Shown here piece by piece: positions 32,705-39,807 of a DNA stretch of 47,902 nucleotides. The notes beneath the pieces are model-generated. The model ran no database searches and was not told the origin of the DNA. It saw nothing but the letters and a program-made list of their open reading frames with translations. The stretch is from Spartobacteria bacterium (GTDB taxonomy: Bacteria > Verrucomicrobiota > Kiritimatiellia > CAIQIC01 > Lenti-01). The stretch covers positions 1-47,902 of the forward strand of contig RZYG01000002.1 in the NCBI GenBank assembly GCA_009930415.1. The letters run 5' to 3'. Position numbers and translations under genes: made by a program. The stretch's first letter is position 1. Each line of letters begins with the position of its first letter.

Positions 32705-33793
32705 ATGCTCCACAAAGAATACGGCCAGACCGGCAAATCCTTAGGCGCCATCGGTTGCGGGGGCATGCGCCTGCCCAATCCCCGGAATCCCGAGGAGGGA
32801 ATCGCCGTCCTCCATGCCGCCCGGCGCGCTGGAATCACCTATTTCGACACCGCCCCCTTCTACTGCGACGACCGGAGCGAGGACATCTTCGGCGCCGCCC
32901 TCCGCTCCATGCCCCCCTCCCCCCTGCCCCTCTACGTCTCGTCCAAGTGCTCCGCCCCCAAGGCCGCCGACTTCCGCCGCGGCCTCGAACGTTCCCTGGA
33001 GCGCCTCGGCGTGCCCCAAATCGACTTCTTCCATATCTGGTGCGTCATGGACCCCGCCGACTGGCAACGCCGCGTCGCCGGCGGCGCCTGGACCGAAGCC
33101 CTCAAGGCCAAGGAAGAAGGCCTGATCGGCCACGTCTGCGTCTCCACCCACATGACCGGCCCCGAAATCGAGCGGATGCTGTCCGACCATCCCGAAATCG
33201 AAGGCGTCACCCTCGGCTACTGCGCCATCAACTTCCCCTATCGCCGCCAAGGCGTCCAGGCCGCCGGCCGCCTCGGCCGGGGCGTCGTCGCCATGAACCC
33301 CCTCGGCGGCGGCCTCATCCCCCGGCACGCCGACGTCTTCGATTTCATCCGCGGCCCCGGCGATCCCGACGTCGTGGCCGCCGCCCTGCGGTTCCTGGTC
33401 TCCGAACCCGCCGTCACCACGGCCCTCGTCGGCTTCGGGTCCGTCGCCGAAGTCGAAGCCGCCGTCCGCGCCGTGCAAGATTTCAAGCCCTACGCCCCCG
33501 GGCATCTCGAATCCCTCCGGCGGCGCATCGAGCAGGATTTCAACGAAATGTGCACCGGCTGCGGCTACTGCCTGCCCTGCCCCCAGGGCATTCCCATCCC
33601 CCGCTTCATGGACGTCCACAACCTGATGCAGCTCAAAGCCGGCGACGCCGAAATCCGCGGCCGCCTGAAATACCACTGGGATCTCACGCCCGCCCAGGCC
33701 GCCGAATGCGTCGCCTGCGGCCTGTGCGAAAACCGCTGCACCCAGCACTTGCCCATCATCGAGCGCTTGAAAAAAATCGCCGCGCTCGGCTGA
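32705..33793 (+). CDS. aldo/keto reductase with C-terminal Fe-S (ferredoxin-like) Cys clusters
   Basis: 362 aa. AKR N-terminus GCGGMRL...GITYFDTAPFY. C-terminal CTGCGYCLPCP and CVACGLCENRC. Confidence 0.8.
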   Translation: MLHKEYGQTGKSLGAIGCGGMRLPNPRNPEEGIAVLHAARRAGITYFDTAPFYCDDRSEDIFGAALRSMPPSPLPLYVSSKCSAPKAADFRRGLERSLERLGVPQIDFFHIWCVMDPADWQRRVAGGAWTEALKAKEEGLIGHVCVSTHMTGPEIERMLSDHPEIEGVTLGYCAINFPYRRQGVQAAGRLGRGVVAMNPLGGGLIPRHADVFDFIRGPGDPDVVAAALRFLVSEPAVTTALVGFGSVAEVEAAVRAVQDFKPYAPGHLESLRRRIEQDFNEMCTGCGYCLPCPQGIPIPRFMDVHNLMQLKAGDAEIRGRLKYHWDLTPAQAAECVACGLCENRCTQHLPIIERLKKIAALG

Positions 33794-33812
33794 CCGGAGG
33801 GAGGGCCGGCCG

Positions 33813-34424
33813 GTGCGCAGCTTCGCCGCTTTCCTGCTCGAACCGCTGCTGGCGGGTCTGTCCACGGGGCTGTTCTGCTGTTTTTCCTGCGTCCCCGTGC
33901 TTGCGCCCGTGTTCGCGGCCGAGGCGCGCACCACCCGCAGCACCGTGCGGGTCTGGCTGGAATTCCTCGGCGGGCGCCTGACGGGCTATCTGCTCCTCGG
34001 CGCCGCCAGCGGATTTCTCGGCGAACGGTTCGGGGAGGGCGTCCTGCACCGGATTTCCGCCGGCGCGATGGTCGTCCTGGCGCTCGTGCTCATCGCCTAT
34101 GCCCTCGGATTGCGGAAACCGGCGGCCGCCGGCTGCGACGGCGGGACGCCGCACGGCCGGACGACTCCCTTCCTGCTCGGATTGCTGCTGGCGACGAACG
34201 CCTGCCCGCCGCTGTGGCTCTCCGTGGCCTACGTCTTTACCCTCCACGACTGGATCCGCGGCGCGGCCTACTTTCTCATCTTCTTCGCGGCCACCGCCGT
34301 CTATCTCGTGCCGCTGCTGTTCGTCGGCGGTCTCGGCCGCTGGCCCGAATTCCGCCGGGTCGCCCGTTTCGCCGCCTTGGCGGTTGGCGTTTTGTTCTTC
34401 GTCCGTGGTATCCTGAAGTGGTGA
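33813..34424 (+). CDS. polytopic membrane protein with Cys motifs (DsbD_2/TauE-SafE-like; family tentative)
   Basis: 203 aa with a GTG start. About six hydrophobic helices. Cys motifs GLFCCFSCVP and NACPP. Confidence 0.5.
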   Translation: MRSFAAFLLEPLLAGLSTGLFCCFSCVPVLAPVFAAEARTTRSTVRVWLEFLGGRLTGYLLLGAASGFLGERFGEGVLHRISAGAMVVLALVLIAYALGLRKPAAAGCDGGTPHGRTTPFLLGLLLATNACPPLWLSVAYVFTLHDWIRGAAYFLIFFAATAVYLVPLLFVGGLGRWPEFRRVARFAALAVGVLFFVRGILKW

Positions 34425-35548
34425 AAAAGATCCTGGCCAGCCTGTTCGGGATCGCCGTCGTCGGCGCGGCGGCGTGGTGGCTGTTCGCCCGCGGCAATTC
34501 CGCCCCGCCCGGATCCGCCGCCGGCGCGGACGCCGCGGCCGGCCTGCACGAAGCCCGCTGGTACGAGCCGCTCCCAAACGGCCTCGTCCATTGCCGCCTG
34601 TGCCCCAACTCCTGCCGCCTGCCCGAGGGCAAGATCGGCCTGTGCAAGGTCCGCAAAAACGTCGGCGGCAAGCTCTACACCCTCTCCTACGGCCAGTTGG
34701 CCGCCGTCCACGTCGATCCCATCGAAAAAAAGCCGTTCTACCACGTCCTCCCCGGCGCCCAGGCCTTCTCGCTGGCCACCCCCGGCTGCAACATGCGCTG
34801 CCTGTTCTGCCAGAACTGGGAAATCTCCCAGTCCTTCCCCTGGCAAGTCGCCACCCAGGCCGCCACGCCCGAACAAGTCGTCGACGCCGCCCTCCGCAGC
34901 GGCGCCCAGGCCATCGCCTTCACCTACAGCGAACCCACCATCTTCTACGAATACATGCTGGACATCGCCAAGCTCGCGAAGGCCAAAGGCCTCAAGACCC
35001 TCGTCGTCAGCAACGGCTATATCGAACCCGGCCCCCTGCGCGAACTGCTGCCCTTCATCGACGCCTACAAGGTGGACTTCAAGGCCTTCAACCCGCAGTT
35101 CTACGTCGACCTCACCGGCGGCCGCCGCGAACCCATCCTCGAAGCCATGAAGATCATCCGCGCCAGCGGCACCTGGCTCGAGATCGTCACCCTCCTCGTC
35201 CCCGGCCAGAACGACGGCGAAGACGAAATCCGCGAGCTCGCGCGCTGGGTCAAAGACAACCTCGGCCCCGACGTGCCCCTGCACTTCTCTCGGTTCCATC
35301 CCCAGCACAAGCTCGCCAACCTGCCGCCGACGCCGTTCGAGACCATCGTCCGCGCCCGCGAAATCGCCCGCGCCGAAGGCCTGCACTACGTCTACACCGG
35401 CAACGTCCCCTTCCCCGAAGGCGACTCCACCCGCTCGCCCGCCACCGGCGAAATCGTCGTCGAACGCAAAGGCTACTTCGTCGTCCGCAACGCCCTCGTC
35501 GACGGCGTCGCCCCCGACGGCACCCCCATCCCGGGGATCTGGAAGTAG
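34418..35548 (+). CDS. AmmeMemoRadiSam-system-type radical SAM enzyme (PflA-like) with N-terminal TM helix
   Basis: GTG start overlaps the upstream stop. TM helix ILASLFGIAVVGAAAWWLF. CRLCPNSCRL Cys cluster and the radical SAM motif CNMRCLFCQNWE. Confidence 0.75.
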   Translation: MVKKILASLFGIAVVGAAAWWLFARGNSAPPGSAAGADAAAGLHEARWYEPLPNGLVHCRLCPNSCRLPEGKIGLCKVRKNVGGKLYTLSYGQLAAVHVDPIEKKPFYHVLPGAQAFSLATPGCNMRCLFCQNWEISQSFPWQVATQAATPEQVVDAALRSGAQAIAFTYSEPTIFYEYMLDIAKLAKAKGLKTLVVSNGYIEPGPLRELLPFIDAYKVDFKAFNPQFYVDLTGGRREPILEAMKIIRASGTWLEIVTLLVPGQNDGEDEIRELARWVKDNLGPDVPLHFSRFHPQHKLANLPPTPFETIVRAREIARAEGLHYVYTGNVPFPEGDSTRSPATGEIVVERKGYFVVRNALVDGVAPDGTPIPGIWK

Positions 35549-35559
35549 CCCGCGCCAAC

Positions 35560-35631
35560 GGCGGGTTGAGCCAACCCGCCCTACCTTTTGGAAGCGCCGG
35601 TTCTGGGTAGGGCGCGTTGGCCCAACGCGCC
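35560..35631. repeat. REPIN-like doublet A (two inverted GTAG-headed palindromes)
   Basis: GGCGGGTTG-AGC-CAACCCGCC-CTACC, 19-nt spacer, GGGTAG-GGCGCGTTGG-CC-CAACGCGCC. Confidence 0.6.
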
Positions 35632-35648
35632 GCGCACTTTTCAAAGTA

Positions 35649-35697
35649 TTTACGTTCTACGTAAAACTCGCCGAAACTTTTTACGTTCTACGTAAAA
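35649..35697. promoter_or_regulatory. twin 18-bp palindromic boxes
   Basis: TTTACGTTCTACGTAAAA at 35649-35666 and 35680-35697 (31-bp spacing). Each is a 7-3-7 inverted repeat TTTACGT-TCT-ACGTAAA. AT-rich in a GC-rich context, about 85 nt upstream of tRNA-Leu. Confidence 0.5.
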
Positions 35698-35780
35698 GGG
35701 CATTCGCCGGGCGGCGGAAACCCGATTCCGGCCCTTTGCATCCGCCCCGGAATCTGCGATAGTGCGTCCCAAGCCGTGCC

Positions 35781-35863
35781 GCCCGGGTGGCGAAATGGCA
35801 GACGCAAGGGACTTAAAATCCCTTGGCCGAAAGGCCGTGTGGGTTCGACCCCCACCCCGGGCA
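35781..35863 (+). tRNA. tRNA-Leu (anticodon TAA), CCA not encoded
   Basis: Acceptor GCCCGGG/CCCGGGC. Anticodon stem AGGGA/TCCCT with loop CTTAAAA. Variable arm with GGCC-GAAA-GGCC hairpin. T-arm GTGGG-TTCGACC-CCCAC. Discriminator A. Confidence 0.9.
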
Positions 35864-35893
35864 CGTTTGCGCGGCGCAGAGGAGGAAACGACG

Positions 35894-37144
35894 ATGGACT
35901 CGATGACGCCGGGACGGAAACTCGTGTTGGGCATCCAGATGTTGTTCGTGGCGTTCGGCGCGCTGGTGCTCGTGCCGCTGCTGACGGGGCTCGATCCGTC
36001 CATCGCCCTCTTCACCGCCGGCGCCGGCACGCTGCTGTTCCACGCGCTCACCGGCGGCGCCGTGCCGATCTTCCTGGCCAGTTCGTTCGCATTCATCGCG
36101 CCCATCCAGTTCGCGATGAAACAATTCGGCCCCGGCGCCACCGCCGGCGCGCTCTTCTGCGCGGGACTGGTCTATCTGGTCTTCAGCGCCATGGCGCGGG
36201 TCGGAGGACGCGAATTGCTCAACCGCTACCTGCCGCCCATCGTCACCGGCCCCGTCATCATGGTCATCGGCCTCAAGCTCGCGCCCGTCGCCGTCGGCAT
36301 GACGCGCAGCTTCGACGGCGGCACCCCCGACGGCCGGGCCGTTTTCATCGCCGCCTGCGCGCTGCTGACCGCCGTGGCCGCCGTGATGTACGGCAAGAAA
36401 CTCCTCAGTCTCATCCCCGTGCTCTGCGGCATCGTCGTCGGCTACCTCGTCGCGCTCGCCATGGGCGTCGTCGATTTCACCCCGGTCCGGGAAGCCGCCT
36501 GGTTCCAGATTCCGTGGACGGCGGCCCTGGCCAAAGGCACCTTTGCCAAGCCCGTTTTCGACGTGGCCGCCATCCTCTACATGCTGCCCGTCGCCCTCGC
36601 CCCCGCCATCGAGCACGTCGGCGACGTCCTCGCCATCTCGTCGGTGACCGGCAAGGACTACCTCAAGTCGCCCGGCCTGCACCGCACGCTGCTGGGCGAC
36701 GGCCTGGCCACCTCGCTGGCCGGCCTGCTCGGCGGCCCGCCCAACACGACCTATTCCGAAGTCACCGGCGCCGTCGCCCTCACCAAGGCCACCGATCCGG
36801 GCCTGATGCGCATCGCCGCCGTCGCCGCCATGATCCTGGCCTTCGCCGGCAAGCTCGGCGCGGTCCTGCGCACGATCCCCGCGCCCGTCATGGGCGGCAT
36901 CATGCTGCTGCTCTTCGGCATGATCGCGGCCATCGGCGTCAATTCGCTCGTCAAGGCCCGCGTGGACATGTCGCGCTCCCGCAATCTCGTCATCGCTTCC
37001 GTGATCCTCACGGCCGGCATCGGCGACATGACCTTTTCCTGCGGCCGGTTCTGCCTCGGCGGCATCGGGCTCGCCGGCCTCGTCGGCGTGCTGCTGAACC
37101 TGCTGCTGCCCGGGACCAACGAATCCCACGCTGAAGAAAAATAG
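35894..37144 (+). CDS. uraA: NCS2-family uracil/xanthine permease
   Basis: Start MDSMTPGRKLVLGIQMLFVAFGALVLVPLLTG preceded by GGAGGA. About 12 TM helices. NCS2-like motifs throughout. Confidence 0.8.
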   Translation: MDSMTPGRKLVLGIQMLFVAFGALVLVPLLTGLDPSIALFTAGAGTLLFHALTGGAVPIFLASSFAFIAPIQFAMKQFGPGATAGALFCAGLVYLVFSAMARVGGRELLNRYLPPIVTGPVIMVIGLKLAPVAVGMTRSFDGGTPDGRAVFIAACALLTAVAAVMYGKKLLSLIPVLCGIVVGYLVALAMGVVDFTPVREAAWFQIPWTAALAKGTFAKPVFDVAAILYMLPVALAPAIEHVGDVLAISSVTGKDYLKSPGLHRTLLGDGLATSLAGLLGGPPNTTYSEVTGAVALTKATDPGLMRIAAVAAMILAFAGKLGAVLRTIPAPVMGGIMLLLFGMIAAIGVNSLVKARVDMSRSRNLVIASVILTAGIGDMTFSCGRFCLGGIGLAGLVGVLLNLLLPGTNESHAEEK

Positions 37145-37159
37145 AAAGGGAACTCCGCC

Positions 37160-38101
37160 ATGTTGTCCGCCTTCTTGTTCGTCCTAGGCATCGCGTGCCT
37201 CTGGGGCGGGACCGAAACCGTCCTGCGCCGCATCCCGAAACTGGCGGCCTGGCTGCGCGTGTCGCCGCTGGTCGTCACGGTCATGCTCGTGGCCGTCATG
37301 ACCTCCCTGCCCGAGTTCTGCGTGTCGCTGTTCGCCGCCCTGCGCGGCCAACCGGCCGCGGCCGTGGGCAACATCGTCGGCTCGAACTTCGTCACGCTGA
37401 CGTTCGTGGCGGGCCTCTGCGCCCTCTGGCGGCCCATCGTCGTCGGCCCCACCCTGCGCGAACGCGAATCGAGCTGGATGATCCTCTCCGCCGCGCTGCT
37501 GCTCGTGCTGGCCATGGACGGCACGCTCAGCCGTACCGACGGCCTGCTTTTAATGGCCGCCTATTTCCCGTATTTCCGCGCCACGCTCGTCGAAGCCCGC
37601 CAGCAGCGCGCGGCCGCCGAAGCCGTGGCCGCGCCCCATCCTTGGCTGGACATCCTGCTCTTCGCGGTCGGCGTCGGCCTGGTCGTGCTGGGGTCCAACT
37701 GGATCGTCGAACACGGCTCCGCCATGGCGCGGCGGCTGGGCATGAGCGACCTGCTTGTCGGCGTCACGTTCTACGCCTTCGGCACCTCCCTGCCCGAACT
37801 GGCCATCGCCCTCGGCGCGGTGCTCCGCCGCCAGGCCGACGTCACGCTCGGCGAGATCTACGCCTCCAACATCTTCACCGGCCTGGTCGTGGCCGGCGCG
37901 CTGTGCGCCATCCGGCCGCTGCCCGTCGAGCCCCTGATCGTCGGCCGCGACCTGCCCCTGCTGGTGTTCGCCGGCGTCCTGCTCCAGCTGTTCGTGACCT
38001 CGGGCGGCCGGTTCGTGCGCTCCGAAGCCGCCATCATGGTCGCCATCTTCGCCCTGTTCCTGACCGCCCAGTTCATGGGCTTCAGCATCTCCCTGCCCTA
38101 G
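37160..38101 (+). CDS. CaCA-family cation/Ca2+ antiporter (YrbG-like)
   Basis: 313 aa. Two alpha-repeat signatures: GNIVGSNFVTL and GEIYASNIFTGL. Confidence 0.75.
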   Translation: MLSAFLFVLGIACLWGGTETVLRRIPKLAAWLRVSPLVVTVMLVAVMTSLPEFCVSLFAALRGQPAAAVGNIVGSNFVTLTFVAGLCALWRPIVVGPTLRERESSWMILSAALLLVLAMDGTLSRTDGLLLMAAYFPYFRATLVEARQQRAAAEAVAAPHPWLDILLFAVGVGLVVLGSNWIVEHGSAMARRLGMSDLLVGVTFYAFGTSLPELAIALGAVLRRQADVTLGEIYASNIFTGLVVAGALCAIRPLPVEPLIVGRDLPLLVFAGVLLQLFVTSGGRFVRSEAAIMVAIFALFLTAQFMGFSISLP

Positions 38102-38106
38102 ACCCC

Positions 38107-38173
38107 GGCGCGCTGGGCCAGCGCGCCCTACCGCATCTGGATCCATGGGTAGGGCGGCCTGGCCCAGGCCGCC
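38107..38173. repeat. REPIN-like doublet B
   Basis: GGCGCGCTGG-G-CCAGCGCGCC-CTACC, 14-nt spacer, GGGTAG-GGCGGCCTGG-C-CCAGGCCGCC. Confidence 0.6.
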
Positions 38174-38242
38174 GTTGTTCGAAAACCCGCCCCTAAACGC
38201 TTGCCACCGGCCGGTTCCCGGCCTATAAATGCCCGGCTAAAT

Positions 38243-39637
38243 ATGGAACCGATCCGCTACGTCAGTACCCGCGGCGCCCAGGCGCCCCTCGCCTTCAAGG
38301 ATGCCGTCATGACGGGCCTCGCCCGCGACGGCGGCCTGCTCATTCCCGACCGCATTCCCGACGTCTCCGCCCAGCTGGACGAATGGCAGGACCTCGATTA
38401 TCCCGAATTGGCCTTTGAAATCATCCGCCTGTTCACCGACGACCTCCCCGACGCCCGCCTGAAGGAACTGATCGCCGCGGCCTACCGCACCTTCGCCCAT
38501 CCCGACGTCTGCCCCGTGCGCAAGGTGGGCCACCTGCACATTCTCGAGCTGTTCCACGGCCCGACCCTCGCCTTCAAGGACGTCGCCCTCCAGTTCCTCG
38601 GCCGCCTGTTCGAGGAAATTCTCGAAGAGCGGGGCGGCCGCTTGAACATTCTGGCCGCCACCAGCGGCGACACCGGTTCCGCCGCCATCTGCGGCGTGCG
38701 CGGCCAAGAGCGCATCCATATTTTCGTCATGCATCCGCACGGCCGCGTCAGCGCCCTGCAGGAACGCCAGATGACGTCCGTTCTCGACGCCAACGTGTTC
38801 AACCTGGCGGTCAAGGGCAGCTTCGACGACTGCCAGCTCATCATGAAGACCCTGTTCAGCGACCTGCCGTTCAAGGACGCGCACGCGCTGGGCACGGTCA
38901 ATTCTGTCAACTGGGCGCGCGTCCTGAGCCAGATCGTGTACTACTTCTACGCCGCCTTCCGGGTGCGCGAGGAAACCGGCGCGGCGCAGGTGCAGTTCGC
39001 CGTGCCCACCGGCAATTTCGGCGACATCCTCGCCGGCTGGTATGCCAAGCAAATGGGCCTGCCCATCCGCCGGCTGATCCTCGCCACGAACGAGAACGAC
39101 ATCCTCGCCCGGTTCTTCAACACCGGCGTCTACGCCAAGGGCCAGGTCGTCCCCACCGTCAATCCCTCCATGGACATCCAAGTCGCCAGCAACTTCGAGC
39201 GCTGGCTCTACTACAAGGTCGGCCAGGACCCCAAGGAAGTCGCCCGCCTGATGACCCGGTTCGCGCTGGAAGGCCGCATGCAGATTCCGCGCGATGCCGA
39301 TGGCCGGGTGGATCTCGAAATCGTCGCCGGCGCCTCCGACACCCAGCGCACGCTCTCCGCCATCAAGCGCTACCACGAAAAGCACGGCTACCTGCTCGAT
39401 CCGCACAGCGCGGCCGGCGTCTACGTGGCCGAGCAGTACAACGAGCTCGACGAGCCGATGATCTGCCTGTCCACCGCTCACCCCGCCAAGTTTCCCGACG
39501 CCATTCGCGACGCCACGGACCAGGACCTCGCGCGCCACCCGGCGCTCGACGCCCTGAAAAAAGCCCCCACCCGTTGCGAAACCCTCGAAAACAACGCCGA
39601 GGCCGTCAAGGCCTACCTCGCCGCCCGCGCGCGCTGA
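38243..39637 (+). CDS. thrC: threonine synthase (long form)
   Basis: Start MEPIRYVSTRG. PLP-lysine motif HGPTLAFKDVALQFLG. Length about 464 aa. Confidence 0.9.
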   Translation: MEPIRYVSTRGAQAPLAFKDAVMTGLARDGGLLIPDRIPDVSAQLDEWQDLDYPELAFEIIRLFTDDLPDARLKELIAAAYRTFAHPDVCPVRKVGHLHILELFHGPTLAFKDVALQFLGRLFEEILEERGGRLNILAATSGDTGSAAICGVRGQERIHIFVMHPHGRVSALQERQMTSVLDANVFNLAVKGSFDDCQLIMKTLFSDLPFKDAHALGTVNSVNWARVLSQIVYYFYAAFRVREETGAAQVQFAVPTGNFGDILAGWYAKQMGLPIRRLILATNENDILARFFNTGVYAKGQVVPTVNPSMDIQVASNFERWLYYKVGQDPKEVARLMTRFALEGRMQIPRDADGRVDLEIVAGASDTQRTLSAIKRYHEKHGYLLDPHSAAGVYVAEQYNELDEPMICLSTAHPAKFPDAIRDATDQDLARHPALDALKKAPTRCETLENNAEAVKAYLAARAR

Positions 39638-39643
39638 TGAATC

Positions 39644-39720
39644 GGACGCCTCGGAGAGGCGTCCCTACCTTTTCGATTTGCGCCTTGCGGCTGCGGTAGG
39701 AACCGCTCTCCGAGCGGTCC
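39644..39720. repeat. REPIN-like doublet C
   Basis: GGACGCCTC-GGA-GAGGCGTCC-CTACC, 25-nt spacer, GGTAG-GAACCGCTC-TCC-GAGCGGTCC. Confidence 0.6.
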
Positions 39721-39807
39721 GAAATCCACACTGTGCTGCCAGCCCCGCCTTCTCGCTTTCATTTCCTTGGCCCGAAAGCTATATTGGGGGTGCGGGAGAA
39801 GGCCATC

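Noticed and set aside
35864-35893. PyrR-type attenuator or binding loop ahead of uraA
   Set aside because: The spacer contains CAGAGGAGG, which only loosely resembles the PyrR loop consensus. It is too short to form the alternative terminator/antiterminator structures.
35650-36141. 163-aa minus-strand ORF
   Set aside because: It overlaps tRNA-Leu, the twin palindromic boxes and the well-supported uraA start. It has no family signature.
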